DNA of 64,000 bases from Planctomycetota bacterium (GCA_027001995.1 JALTLO010000177.1:754-64753), one strand, 5' to 3'. Shown: positions 18,543 through 28,899, numbered from the stretch's first letter. Notes: a model not told the origin generated them from the sequence alone. Program-made: numbers and translations.

Positions 18543-19963
18543 AATTGAAAATAGATGAATGGAGAGGAAACTTCTGGCGCCAAAATAGCAGTCAGCAAGA
18601 TGGCCGTGGCGATGATGGTGGCATAGCCCAATGGAGTTGACGATAGGCGATGAAAGGCTCGCTCCTTTTCTTCCCAGAACATAAGGCCAAAGGTGATGAC
18701 TAAGAGCATAAGTGTCAAGCCTGCCCCCGATTGATTGGTCGGTAAGCCAGAAGATATCCAGGTCGAAATCTGCTCCATAATAAAGATGGCATCATGCAAG
18801 CTCGTGGCGCGAAAAAGGATCCAACCAAGACAAACAAAATGGAACATGAAGAAGACTTTGAGGCCAGTTGCCAGCCAAGGACTTATGAATTTCGAAAGAG
18901 GAGTAAAGAGGGGGGCCAGGATGCGGTAGGCGACTAAAAGGCAGCCATGAAAAAGCCCCCAGACCACGTACGTCCAGGCCGCGCCATGCCACAAACCGGC
19001 CAATCCCATGGCCAAAAGTAGGTTTACCAGGGTTCGAGGGACGCCACCTTTGCTACCCCCCAAGGGAAAGTAAAGATAGTCTCGAATCCACTCTGATAAG
19101 GAAATGTGCCAGCGCCGCCAGAAGTCGGAGGGATTTTGAGCCAAGTAAGGCAGCTTGAAATTGCGAACGAGCTGAATGCCAAAGAGAGAGGCAGCACCAC
19201 GAGCCATATCTGAATAGGCCGAGAAGTCGAAGAAAATTTGGAAAGCAAATGCATAGGTAGCAATGAGCAAGTCCAAGCCGCCATGGGCGGATGGATTGCC
19301 ATAGGAGACATCAACGATGCGGGCCAGATTGTCGGAGAGGGCTGCTTTTTTGAATAGGCCCCAGGCAAGGAGTAAGAGACCCGCGTGAAAGTGTTCATTG
19401 CGAAACTGGTAGTCTCTTACCCGTTTGATCTGGGGCATCAAATGGCCGGCCCTTTCAATGGGGCCTGCAATGAGCTGGGGAAAGAAACAGACATAGAGCA
19501 TGAAGTCGACGAAACTGGATTCCGGGTGGATGCGCTTGCGGTAAACATCAACGGAATAGCTCATAGTTTGAAAAGTGTAAAAAGAAATGCCGATGGGCAA
19601 AATGATAGGCCAGCGCTCAGAGAATGCGTTGATGTCCGGAAGGGCTAAGTGAAGACTCTCGCGAATGAAGTTAGCGTACTTGAAGATGACCAAGACACTT
19701 AAGTTGCTGACTAAGCTCATGACTAGCCAATGCTTCTTGGCCCGATGGTTGTGAGCGGTCTGAATCTTCTTTGCCACCAAGTAGTCCAAGACAGCGGAGT
19801 AGAGCACCAGGATGAGGAAGGGTGCGTTCCAAGAGCCGTAGAAAACTAAGCTGGCCCCCAAGAGTACAGCAACGCGCATCTTCTTGGGCCCCAGGTAAAA
19901 GGCTAAGAAGGTCAAGGACAACAGAACTAAGTAAGAAATCGAATCGAACTGCAAGAACGTCAC
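18539..19963 (-). CDS. MBOAT family O-acyltransferase (AlgI/PatA/DltB type)
   Basis: LPIGISFYTFQTMSY, FFPQLIAGPIER, DFSAYSDMA, FWRRWHISLS, GLWHGA (catalytic His) and C-terminal FIYFQF. Confidence 0.95.
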   Translation of the reverse strand: MTFLQFDSISYLVLLSLTFLAFYLGPKKMRVAVLLGASLVFYGSWNAPFLILVLYSAVLDYLVAKKIQTAHNHRAKKHWLVMSLVSNLSVLVIFKYANFIRESLHLALPDINAFSERWPIILPIGISFYTFQTMSYSVDVYRKRIHPESSFVDFMLYVCFFPQLIAGPIERAGHLMPQIKRVRDYQFRNEHFHAGLLLLAWGLFKKAALSDNLARIVDVSYGNPSAHGGLDLLIATYAFAFQIFFDFSAYSDMARGAASLFGIQLVRNFKLPYLAQNPSDFWRRWHISLSEWIRDYLYFPLGGSKGGVPRTLVNLLLAMGLAGLWHGAAWTYVVWGLFHGCLLVAYRILAPLFTPLSKFISPWLATGLKVFFMFHFVCLGWILFRATSLHDAIFIMEQISTWISSGLPTNQSGAGLTLMLLVITFGLMFWEEKERAFHRLSSTPLGYATIIATAILLTAILAPEVSSPFIYFQF

Positions 19964-20014
19964 TCCATGTACCTAAGTCGCTTCATGCAAGCGATTGTGG
20001 CTGGCGCGCTTACC

Positions 20015-20200
20015 TTAAGCCATATAGCCCGTAATTTCTTCTTCGTTTTCTTCTTCTTCGCTCATGTACAGAGTTTGGAGAGCCTTTGAGGCCAGAGAAG
20101 AAAGCGTGAGCGACGATCGACGGACAGATCGGACTTGACTGGAAAAGGGAGGGCGCGAGGTTGTGGATAAGGCGGGCGGTGGCATCGTTGCCAATGGCAT
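20015..20200 (-). CDS. Possible small protein (61 aa) with an acidic C-terminus
   Basis: GAGG 7 nt before the ATG. It fills the gap upstream of the MBOAT gene in the same orientation. No recognisable homology. Confidence 0.3.
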   Translation of the reverse strand: MPLATMPPPALSTTSRPPFSSQVRSVRRSSLTLSSLASKALQTLYMSEEEENEEEITGYMA

Positions 20201-20356
20201 GGCTGGCCCTCGCTTTCTAAATCTGCCACTGGGGAAGTATTTCGGGACTTCCCCAATACTTCGGCATTCGCCCCGGTGGAATCAGCTCTTGGACGTATTC
20301 TCGGTTGCTGCTTTTCCTGAACCCTGGTAGTTTTCGTCCTGAAGCAAAGGAGTTCT

Positions 20357-21556
20357 ATGCGCAATTTCAATCCAATCGCACCGGCGACCAAAGTCGCATC
20401 GATTAAGTATGCCGTCCGTGACATCCTGAGTGTGGCTGCTGAGGCCCAGGAGAAGGGCTTGGAGATGCTCTATCTCAACGTCGGAGACCCGAACATCTTC
20501 GACTTCGAGACCCCTGAGGTCATTGTGGAAGCGGCGTCGAAGGCATTGAGAGACAACAGGAATGGTTATGCCCCTTCTGATGGCATCCCTCAAGCATTGG
20601 AGGCGATTCGAGAGAATGCCGAAAAGGCCGGAATCCGGAGCATCCAAGATGTCTTCATCTCGAATGGCTGCAGTGAAGGAATTGAGATTGCTCTTTCCGC
20701 TCTGTGCAACGAAGGAGAGAATATCTTAACGCCATCTCCTGGTTACCCCTTGTACACAGCCTTGGTGTCGAAGCTCTGTCTGGAGATGAACCCATACTTC
20801 TTAGATGAGAGCAATGGCTGGCAACCTGATCTGGAAGACATGGCCAAACGGATCAACTCAAAGACCCGTGCTATTGTCTTGATTAACCCCAATAATCCGA
20901 CGGGGAGCGTTTGCACCGAAGAGACTCTCCGTGGCATCATCGCCTTGGCCAAGGAGCATAGCCTTTTGATTATCGCCGATGAGATTTACGGGGAGCTGAC
21001 TTTGGACGGGGCTGTTCATATTCCTTTGGCGTCTTTGGACGCAGAGGTTCCAGTTCTGACTTTTGATGGTTTGTCGAAGGCGTTTTTGGCTCCGGGACTT
21101 CGTGTGGGATGGGGCGTTTTGAGTGGTGAGGAATCTTTGCTGCGGGATTATCGTGGGGCCGTGGCTCAGTTGTGTCGTGCTCGTTTGAGTTCCAATCACC
21201 CTCAGCAATATGCGATTCGGCCATGTTTAAAAGACAAGAGTCACCTTCCTGCTTTACGGGAAAAGGTGGGGCGGAGGCGGGATATCACCGTAGAAATGCT
21301 CAATGCCGTCGATGGCATAAGCTGCGTTTCGCCTAAGGGTGCTTTTTATGCTTTTCCTCGTTTAGATGTACCTCAGGAAGAAGAGCAGGAATTCATTGCC
21401 AACATGATCCGTGCTACGGGCGTGGTGGTTGTTCACGGTGGTGGATTTGGCCAAAGGCCCAACACAGCTCATTTTCGCGTGGTGTTCTTGCCTCCTGAGG
21501 AGATCTTGAGAAAGGCCTACGGTAAAATCGGGGAATACGTCAAAACCCACCGATAG
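20357..21556 (+). CDS. PLP aminotransferase class I/II, alanine transaminase AlaA/AlaT-like
   Basis: IKYAVRD, LNVGDP, INPNNPTG, ADEIY and GLSKAFLAPGLRVGW. AAGGAG RBS. Confidence 0.88.
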   Translation: MRNFNPIAPATKVASIKYAVRDILSVAAEAQEKGLEMLYLNVGDPNIFDFETPEVIVEAASKALRDNRNGYAPSDGIPQALEAIRENAEKAGIRSIQDVFISNGCSEGIEIALSALCNEGENILTPSPGYPLYTALVSKLCLEMNPYFLDESNGWQPDLEDMAKRINSKTRAIVLINPNNPTGSVCTEETLRGIIALAKEHSLLIIADEIYGELTLDGAVHIPLASLDAEVPVLTFDGLSKAFLAPGLRVGWGVLSGEESLLRDYRGAVAQLCRARLSSNHPQQYAIRPCLKDKSHLPALREKVGRRRDITVEMLNAVDGISCVSPKGAFYAFPRLDVPQEEEQEFIANMIRATGVVVVHGGGFGQRPNTAHFRVVFLPPEEILRKAYGKIGEYVKTHR

Positions 21557-21696
21557 AACGAGATTTGGAGTGTTTGAAAAATTTCCTGGTCCGCTTTAGC
21601 CGTTTCTCGCGTCTTCATGTGTGAAAGGTGTCCCCAGTCGAATTTAGGCTGCTGGTGCTTACCTATGTCCCACTTGAAGAAAGCGAGTGCCTCAAT

Positions 21697-22821
21697 ATGG
21701 CTCGTAGTGCAAAATCACAAAAGACAATGGCCGCCGCACCAGCGGACAACAAAGCCCGCGACTTGGCTCTTGACCACACCCTCCAGCAAATTGAAAAGCA
21801 ATTTGGCACCGGGTCAATCATGCGCCTGGGGGAGGAGTTTCACCACAAAATCGATTGCATCCCATCTGGCGCCCTGTCGTTAGACTTGGCCATTGGAGGT
21901 GGACTACCCCAGGGGCGGGTGGTCGAGATCTATGGCCCTGAAAGTTCTGGTAAGACAACTTTAACTCTTCATGTCGTCGCCAATGCTCAGAAGAAGGGAG
22001 GCGTTTGCGCCTTCATTGACGCGGAGCATGCCCTTGACCCAGCCTATGCGAAGAAGCTCGGGGTCGATTTTGAGAACTTGTTGGTCTCCCAGCCTGACAC
22101 GGGCGAACAAGCTTTAGAGATCACTGAGATGCTTGTGCGGAGTCACGCTGTTGACGTCATCGTCATCGACTCTGTGGCAGCCTTGGTGCCCCGTGCCGAA
22201 ATTGAAGGTGAAATGGGAGATAGCCATGTGGGTCTTCAAGCTCGCCTGATGTCTCAAGCTTTGCGGAAACTCACAGGTATCGTGGCCAAGAGCAATACTT
22301 GCATCATCTTCATCAACCAGATTCGTGAGAAGATCGGTGTGATGTTTGGCAGCCCTGAGACAACAGCCGGTGGCCGCGCCCTTAAATTCTACTCCTCGGT
22401 TCGTTTGGATATCCGTCGGATTGGTCGAATCACCGACCGAGATTCCGTGGTTGGCAACCGCACCAAGGTCACAGTGGTGAAGAACAAAATTGCCCCACCT
22501 TTCCGTGTGGTTGAGTTTGACATCATGTTCAACGAGGGGATTTCTCTGGTTGGCGATATCTTAGATCTCGGTGTTGAGAATAAAATCGTCGATAAGAGCG
22601 GCTCCTGGTATTGCTACGGCGATACACGGCTAGGTCAGGGGCGAGAGAAAGCCAAGCAATTTCTCCGAGATAGCCCTGACCTGATCGAAGACATTCGTGA
22701 AAAACTTCTCGATAAGCTCGATCCGAAGCGCCAAGCCAAGGAAGAGAAACCGGTTCAAAAAGCGCCGGAAATTAAGCCAGAGACCAAACTCAGAAGCAAA
22801 TCTGCGGCTAAAGGGGCTTGA
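21697..22821 (+). CDS. recA: Recombinase RecA
   Basis: [41 protein letters not shown] and [14 protein letters not shown]. Start at 21697 or 21727. Confidence 0.99.
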   Translation: MARSAKSQKTMAAAPADNKARDLALDHTLQQIEKQFGTGSIMRLGEEFHHKIDCIPSGALSLDLAIGGGLPQGRVVEIYGPESSGKTTLTLHVVANAQKKGGVCAFIDAEHALDPAYAKKLGVDFENLLVSQPDTGEQALEITEMLVRSHAVDVIVIDSVAALVPRAEIEGEMGDSHVGLQARLMSQALRKLTGIVAKSNTCIIFINQIREKIGVMFGSPETTAGGRALKFYSSVRLDIRRIGRITDRDSVVGNRTKVTVVKNKIAPPFRVVEFDIMFNEGISLVGDILDLGVENKIVDKSGSWYCYGDTRLGQGREKAKQFLRDSPDLIEDIREKLLDKLDPKRQAKEEKPVQKAPEIKPETKLRSKSAAKGA

Positions 22822-23041
22822 TTTCTTTCGGGTCTCTGCTGGCGACGGTTGGAAGTCCTTTGGTGGCAAGGGCTTATGGTCGTCGCTTTTTCTTTTCCCG
22901 ACTGTTTCAAATTCCTTTCTGACCGTTGAGTCCTGACCCATGTCCACATAAAATGCCGCTTCCCCAATTTGGGGATCCTTAAGGATTTGATCAAACAACC
23001 ATGGGCGCTGAGTTGCCAATAATTCACGCCTGGAGAATGTC

Positions 23042-23227
23042 ATGGCAGTACCAAAAAGACGGACCTCAAAGTCCAAGAAGAACCTTCGTCGCGCCCACCA
23101 TGCTTTGAAGACCCCGAACACCATCCGCTGCTCCAATTGCGGTAACTCGTTGATTCCCCACCGTGTTTGCAGCAATTGTGGTCATTATCGTGGACGTAAC
23201 GTCTTGAATCTCGAGATGGCTGACTGA
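23042..23227 (+). CDS. rpmF: 50S ribosomal protein L32, zinc-ribbon form
   Basis: MAVPKRRTSKSK..RRAH and CSNCG...HRVCSNCGHY. GGAG RBS. Confidence 0.97.
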   Translation: MAVPKRRTSKSKKNLRRAHHALKTPNTIRCSNCGNSLIPHRVCSNCGHYRGRNVLNLEMAD

Positions 23228-23276
23228 ACCTCCCGCCAACCATTCTTGTTTGCTGGATGAATCGGAAAAGCTGAAC

Positions 23277-24281
23277 ATGCGAATTGCTCTTGATGCCATG
23301 GGCGGCGATAACGCCCCGTACGAGATGGTCATGGGTGCTGTTGAGGCGCTCACACGGGAATCCGACTTCGAAGTCCTGCTGGTTGGGCGTCAAAGCGAAA
23401 TAGAAGCTGTTCTTGATGCTGAGAATCCCGACATTGATCGGGAGCGTCTTCCAATTCTCCATGCCGAAGACGTCGTGGGCATGGACGAGAGTCCCGTTGA
23501 TGCTCTGCGAAAGAAGAAAGACAACAGTATTAGCAAAGCCCTGGGCGCTGTCCGACAAGGAGCTGCCGATGCTTTCGTAAGTGCCGGGAACACGGGGGCG
23601 GCTGTGGGCGGTGCCACTTTGTTCTGGAAGCTCATCCCTGGGGTTAAGCGTGCAGGAATTGCTGTCCCTCTGGGGACCCGAGGCAATAGCTCCATCGTCA
23701 TCGATGTGGGAGCAAATATTCACTGCAAGCCTCGTCACCTTCTTCACTACGGCATGATGGCTTCGATCTATTGCGAGCATGTTTTGGGGCAAGAGAACCC
23801 TAAGATCGCTCTTCTCAACATCGGCAGTGAAGACAGCAAGGGCAATACCCTGGTCAAAGAGACCCAGCAGTTGTTTGAAGGGGCTCCCCTTAACTTCATT
23901 GGCCACTGTGAAGGCGGCGATATCTTCGAGAAGAAGGCCGATGTGGTTGTCTGCGAAGGATTCGTGGGCAATGTGGTTCTCAAAGTGAGCGAAGGTCTCG
24001 CTGAAACCATGCACAGCCAATTCGAAGAGATCGTCGGCGGACACGTCAGCAACGATGAAAATGTTGGCATGGCTCAGCACATTCGTGAATTCCGCCGGGC
24101 CACAGACTACGCTGAAATCGGCGGTGGAGCCCTCTTGGGTGTAAACGGGATTTGCATCATCGCCCATGGCAGATCTGGTCGCCGAGCAATCAGCAATGCT
24201 ATTTCGCTAGCGGCCAAATTCGTTCGGGCTGAAGCACCCAAGAAAATCGAAGCTGGCGTTGATGCGCTGCGAAATGAATAA
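23277..24281 (+). CDS. plsX: Phosphate acyltransferase PlsX
   Basis: MRIALDAMGGDNAP, VSAGNTGA, DVGAN, LLNIGSEDSKG, EGFVGNVVLK and HGRS. Confidence 0.97.
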   Translation: MRIALDAMGGDNAPYEMVMGAVEALTRESDFEVLLVGRQSEIEAVLDAENPDIDRERLPILHAEDVVGMDESPVDALRKKKDNSISKALGAVRQGAADAFVSAGNTGAAVGGATLFWKLIPGVKRAGIAVPLGTRGNSSIVIDVGANIHCKPRHLLHYGMMASIYCEHVLGQENPKIALLNIGSEDSKGNTLVKETQQLFEGAPLNFIGHCEGGDIFEKKADVVVCEGFVGNVVLKVSEGLAETMHSQFEEIVGGHVSNDENVGMAQHIREFRRATDYAEIGGGALLGVNGICIIAHGRSGRRAISNAISLAAKFVRAEAPKKIEAGVDALRNE

Positions 24282-24350
24282 AGCGAGTTCAGTCCTTGTT
24301 CCATATTCGGACTGAGGTCTTGTGGGCTCAAGAAGATACCAGGGGAAATC

Positions 24351-25343
24351 ATGGTGGATACGCTGCGCAAAGTTGGAATCGCTGGTACTGGTCACTATGT
24401 ACCAGAAAGAATCGTGCCCAATAAGTGGTTCGAAGACACATTGGACACAACCGATGAGTGGATCTTCGACCGCACTGGAATGCGGGAACGCCGATTCGCT
24501 GAAAAAGGGCAACCCTGCTCTGATTTGTGCATCAAAGCCGGTAAAAAGGCTTTGGACGATGCGGGTATGAAGCCAGAAGAGCTGCAATTGATCATTGTTG
24601 CGACTGTCACCCCCGATCATCTCTTGCCCGCAACGATCGCTTTTGTCCAAGATGGATTGGGGGCGATTAATGCCGGCGGTTGGGATGTCAATAACGCATG
24701 TACTGGATGGTTGTCTGCGCTGATGTCGGCCCAAGGGATGATTGCCGCAGGAATCATCGACAACGCGATGGTCATCGGCGCCGAAGTTCTCAGTAGCATG
24801 ATGAACTTCAAAGACCGTGGCTCTGCCATCCTCTTCGGTGATGGAGCGGGTGCGACGATCTTAAAAGCGGACCACCCAAGAGGGCAGATCTTGTGCTCGT
24901 CATCTGGCATGGATGGACGTCAATGGAAAGCCATTTCTCGTCAGGCTGGTGGCAGTAAGCAACCCGTGACTCATGAAGACTTGGAGACTGGCGATCATCT
25001 CATGGCTCTTCACGGGAACGATGTCTTTAAGTTCGCCGTTGCCAAGTTCCGCGATTTGATTCGGGAACAAGTGGCGACCCTGGGCATCGGCCTGGATGAC
25101 ATTGGGCTTATTGTTCCCCATCAAGTTAATCTTCGCATCATACAATCGGCGTTGAAGAAACTCGATTTCGATATGGATCGTATCTTCGTCAATCTTCAGA
25201 AATACTCCAATACTTCTGCGGCATCCATTCCCATCGCTTTTGATGAGGCAAGGGCTGAAGGTCGTGTCAAGGAAGGCGAGCTTATTAGCTTCATTGCTTT
25301 TGGTGCTGGGCTCGGATGGGGCCAGGCCGTCATTCGTTGGTAG
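24351..25343 (+). CDS. fabH: 3-oxoacyl-ACP synthase III
   Basis: NACTG (Cys), LFGDGAGA, PHQVN (His), NTSAASIP (Asn) and FGAGLGWG. Confidence 0.95.
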   Translation: MVDTLRKVGIAGTGHYVPERIVPNKWFEDTLDTTDEWIFDRTGMRERRFAEKGQPCSDLCIKAGKKALDDAGMKPEELQLIIVATVTPDHLLPATIAFVQDGLGAINAGGWDVNNACTGWLSALMSAQGMIAAGIIDNAMVIGAEVLSSMMNFKDRGSAILFGDGAGATILKADHPRGQILCSSSGMDGRQWKAISRQAGGSKQPVTHEDLETGDHLMALHGNDVFKFAVAKFRDLIREQVATLGIGLDDIGLIVPHQVNLRIIQSALKKLDFDMDRIFVNLQKYSNTSAASIPIAFDEARAEGRVKEGELISFIAFGAGLGWGQAVIRW

Positions 25344-25353
25344 AAAGAAATTC

Positions 25354-26277
25354 ATGGCAAAGACTGCATTGCTTTTCCCCGGACAGGGCGCCCAGAAAGT
25401 CGGCATGGCCGCAGACTTCGTCGAGAAGTTTCCGGCAGCCCGAGAGATGTTTGATCGTGGAAACGAGACCCTTGGGTATGATATCACCAAACTCATCCTT
25501 GAGGGCCCAGACGCGGATCTGACCCAAACTCGCTATTGCCAACCGGCAATCTATCTCACCGGTGCCGCCATTGTTTCTGTGCTAGAGTCCGAGGGGAAAT
25601 TAGAGCGCAGTGACATCGCTTGCACAGCAGGGCTTTCCCTCGGTGAATACACGGCTCTTTATTTTGCTCAGGTGTTTACTTTTGAAGAGGGATTGACTCT
25701 TGTGGCCCGTCGTGGCGAAGCTATGCAAGAGGCATCTGATGCACCTCCGAGTGGGATGGTGTCACTTGTTGGGGCTGATTTAGAAAAGGCGACAGCCGTG
25801 GCTGCCGAAGCTGCTGGGGACGATGTTCTCGTGGTCGCCAATCTGCTTTCGCCGGGACAAGTGGTTCTCTCCGGTACGAAAATGGCCTGCGCTCGTGTCC
25901 CAGAAATCGCTAAGAGTCATGGTATTCGTCGAGCCATTCCTCTCAAAGTTGCAGGTGCATTTCACAGTCCATTGATGGCATCGGCAGCAAGCAAGCTGAA
26001 GAACGTTTTGGATGGTATGGATCTCAAGGATCCGACGATTCCAGTGGCTGGTAATGTGACCGGCAAGTTCATGACAGAGGCAAAGGAAATCCGACTTGCT
26101 CTCGAAAGGCAAGTGGTCGAACCAGTGCTTTGGCAACATGCCATGGGGGCGATGATTGAAGATGGTGTCGAGAAATTCATTGAGCCAGGCCCCGGGGCTG
26201 TCCTTTCTGGATTGATGCGAAAGATAGATCGTCAAAAGACCTGTGTCAGCTACGACAAAGTCGAAGACTTGGGCTAA
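25354..26277 (+). CDS. fabD: Malonyl-CoA:ACP transacylase
   Basis: LFPGQGAQ, QPAI, AGLSLGEY and GAFHS. Confidence 0.97.
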   Translation: MAKTALLFPGQGAQKVGMAADFVEKFPAAREMFDRGNETLGYDITKLILEGPDADLTQTRYCQPAIYLTGAAIVSVLESEGKLERSDIACTAGLSLGEYTALYFAQVFTFEEGLTLVARRGEAMQEASDAPPSGMVSLVGADLEKATAVAAEAAGDDVLVVANLLSPGQVVLSGTKMACARVPEIAKSHGIRRAIPLKVAGAFHSPLMASAASKLKNVLDGMDLKDPTIPVAGNVTGKFMTEAKEIRLALERQVVEPVLWQHAMGAMIEDGVEKFIEPGPGAVLSGLMRKIDRQKTCVSYDKVEDLG

Positions 26278-26344
26278 GGTTCCTTCAACAATAATTTCGT
26301 GTTCTGAGACCAATGCAAGGGCCGGAATGCGCAAAGGAGAATTC

Positions 26345-27091
26345 ATGGATCTCAATCTGAAAGACAAAGTTGCTGTCATCACCGGGGCAAGCCGGGGTAT
26401 CGGCAAATCGATCGCACTCGAGCTGGCTCAGGAAGGCTGTCACGTTGCTTGCATCGCTACGGCGGAAGAACGGGCTGCGGCGACAGCAGCAGAGGCTGAA
26501 GGGCTGGGGGTCAAGGCAAAAGCTTACGGTGCTGATGTCTCTAGCTTCGAAGACATGAAAGAGTTGTGTGCCAAGATTCTGGAAGATTTTGGCACCGTCG
26601 ATATTCTGGTCAATAACGCTGGTATCACCAAGGACCAATTGCTCCTTCGGATGTCCGAGAGCGACTGGGATCAAGTCATTGCTGTGAACCTCAAGGGCAC
26701 ATTTAATGCGTGTAAGGTGTTTGCCAAGACCCTGATGAAGCGCAAAGGTGCTCGGGTGATCAACATCTCAAGCGTTGTGGGTTTGGATGGTAACGGGGGC
26801 CAAGCCAACTATGCTGCCAGCAAAGCTGGTGTCATTGCGTTCACCAAATCCATGGCAAAAGAGCTCGGCGGTAGGCAAGTTTGTGTGAATTCTGTAGCCC
26901 CCGGATTCATCGAGACGGACATGACAGAAGGCCTCGGTGGGGACCTGCGAGAAGACATGAAGAAAGTGATTCCTTTGCAGAGATTCGGCTCAGCCTCCGA
27001 GGTCGGCAAACTTGTGACCTTTTTGGCGGGAGAAACTGGTTCTTATATTACCGGCCAGACGTTCGTAATCGACGGCGGAATGGCGATTTAG
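26345..27091 (+). CDS. fabG: 3-oxoacyl-ACP reductase
   Basis: TGASRGIG, NNAGIT, NYAASKAG and APGFIETDMT. AAGGAG RBS. Confidence 0.97.
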   Translation: MDLNLKDKVAVITGASRGIGKSIALELAQEGCHVACIATAEERAAATAAEAEGLGVKAKAYGADVSSFEDMKELCAKILEDFGTVDILVNNAGITKDQLLLRMSESDWDQVIAVNLKGTFNACKVFAKTLMKRKGARVINISSVVGLDGNGGQANYAASKAGVIAFTKSMAKELGGRQVCVNSVAPGFIETDMTEGLGGDLREDMKKVIPLQRFGSASEVGKLVTFLAGETGSYITGQTFVIDGGMAI

Positions 27092-27132
27092 GGCTGTCTG
27101 CGTATTCCGTAAGGAAATGCAGCGAACTCGAT

Positions 27133-27161
27133 TTGAAGAGTTTTCAGCATCGTGGTATTAG
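27133..27161 (+). promoter_or_regulatory. Possible sigma70-type internal promoter for acpP
   Basis: TTGAAG-N17-TATTAG with TG just upstream of the -10 box, in the 186-nt fabG-acpP gap. Confidence 0.35.
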
Positions 27162-27277
27162 GATGCACACGAAACTGCAAGTTTTGATGCATAACGGGTC
27201 GGACGCGCAGAGGGCGGTCCATACTGGCGAACACGGTGTTCCCCAGCCCACGACAGAATTCGAAGGGATTGAAAGCA

Positions 27278-27514
27278 ATGTCGGATATTGCCGAAAAGGT
27301 CAAAGACATCGTCTGTGAGCAGATGGGTGCCACCAAGGACAAAATCACGGACTCAACATCTTTCATCAACGATTTGGGTGCTGATTCACTCGATACTGTT
27401 GAATTGGTCATGGAGTTCGAAGAACAGTTCGACATCAACATCCCAGATGAGGATGCTGAGAAAATCCAGACTGTAGGTGACGCTGTTACCTACATTACGG
27501 CCAATAAGGACTAA
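27278..27514 (+). CDS. acpP: Acyl carrier protein
   Basis: [18 protein letters not shown] phosphopantetheine site. Confidence 0.98.
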   Translation: MSDIAEKVKDIVCEQMGATKDKITDSTSFINDLGADSLDTVELVMEFEEQFDINIPDEDAEKIQTVGDAVTYITANKD

Positions 27515-27577
27515 GGTTCCCAGCCAACGCGGCGCGTAGATGCCTGCGTTAGGGCGTCTTCTCCGAGTAACAGATAC

Positions 27578-27618
27578 GCCGCGTTCCCCATTCATAGGGA
27601 ACGCGGCTTTTTTCTTTT
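27578..27618 (+). terminator. Rho-independent terminator between acpP and fabF
   Basis: GCCGCGTTCCC-8 nt-GGGAACGCGGC followed by TTTTTTCTTTT. Confidence 0.85.
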
Positions 27619-27633
27619 GGAAAGAACGATTCC

Positions 27634-28887
27634 ATGTCTTCGATGCCACGCAGAGTAGTTGTAACTGGCCTTGGATGTACCTCACCTGTGGGGGTCACTG
27701 TTGCTGATACTTGGGATGCTCTCTTAGCCGGAAAGAGCGGGATCAAACCTCTGACGGCTTTTGATCCCACTGACTATAAAGTCCGCATTTGTGGTGAAAT
27801 TCGCGACTTCGATCCAACTGTGGCTATTCCTCTTAACAAGGCCAAGAAGTTGGACCGATTTGCGAATTTGGGTGTGGTGGCTACCTATGAGTGCATGCGG
27901 GATGCTGGCTTGGGCCCAGTGAGCGAAGAAGAAGCACCTCGGGCCAGCGTTATTGCTGGTTCTGGAATTGGTGGACTCATTGAAACAGAAGCTCAGCACA
28001 TCAAGCTGCTGTCCAAAGGACCCAACCGTGTTTCTCCTTTCCTGATTCCAAAATTGATGTTGAACGCCTTGGCAGCACAAATGTCTATGGCATTCAACTT
28101 CAAAGGTGCCAACTTTGCCACCGTGTCAGCTTGTGCATCGGCTGGTCATGCTATTGCTATGGCCATGCGATCAATCAAGTATGATGAGTCCGATTTGGTT
28201 TTGACTGGTGGTTCTGAGGCCTGCATCACAACCTTGGGCATGGGTGGCTTTGCCTCGTTGAAGGCTATGTCAACTCGTAACGACGATCCAGAAGCGGCGT
28301 CGCGGCCATTCGACAAGGATCGAGATGGTTTCGTTATGGGCGAAGGCGCTGGCATCCTCTTGCTTGAAGAGTTGGAACACGCCAAGAAACGTGGCGCCAA
28401 AATCTACTGCGAGATCGTTGGTGCTGGCATGACAGCCGATGCCCATCATATCACCCAACCAGCACCGGAAGCAGAAGGAGCGCAACGCTCTATGAAGCTT
28501 GCTATGGGCGAAGGTGGTTTGAATATTGAGGATGTTGATTACATCAATGCTCATGGAACATCGACTCCCATTAACGATGTGAATGAAAGCAAAGCAATTG
28601 AAGCGGTTTTCGGTGATCACGCCAAGACTCTCGTTGTCAATAGCACAAAGAGCATGGTGGGTCATTTGCTCGGGGCTTCTGCCGCCGTCGAATCGGTTGT
28701 CACCGTTAAGTCGATCGCTCATGGCATGGTTCACCAAACTCTCAATCATGAGAACCCTGGAGAAGGTTGCAATTTGGATTACGTCAAGGGCTCGGCCCGT
28801 GACCGAAGCATTCGCGCAGCTCTCACCAACTCCCTTGGTTTTGGTGGGCACAATTTGACTTTGGCATTTAAGCGATACGAAGACTAA
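27634..28887 (+). CDS. fabF: 3-oxoacyl-ACP synthase II
   Basis: RRVVVTGLG, SACASA, SRPFDKDRDGFVMGEGAG, INAHGTST, KSMVGHLLGA and NSLGFGGHN. Confidence 0.98.
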   Translation: MSSMPRRVVVTGLGCTSPVGVTVADTWDALLAGKSGIKPLTAFDPTDYKVRICGEIRDFDPTVAIPLNKAKKLDRFANLGVVATYECMRDAGLGPVSEEEAPRASVIAGSGIGGLIETEAQHIKLLSKGPNRVSPFLIPKLMLNALAAQMSMAFNFKGANFATVSACASAGHAIAMAMRSIKYDESDLVLTGGSEACITTLGMGGFASLKAMSTRNDDPEAASRPFDKDRDGFVMGEGAGILLLEELEHAKKRGAKIYCEIVGAGMTADAHHITQPAPEAEGAQRSMKLAMGEGGLNIEDVDYINAHGTSTPINDVNESKAIEAVFGDHAKTLVVNSTKSMVGHLLGASAAVESVVTVKSIAHGMVHQTLNHENPGEGCNLDYVKGSARDRSIRAALTNSLGFGGHNLTLAFKRYED

Positions 28888-28899
28888 AGAAAGTCATCC

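Noticed and set aside
23040..24167. 375-aa antisense ORF over rpmF-plsX, and similar ones at 55922-56791, 61723-62526 and 5905-6669
   Set aside because: These are shadow ORFs opposite well-supported genes, with no motifs or RBS.
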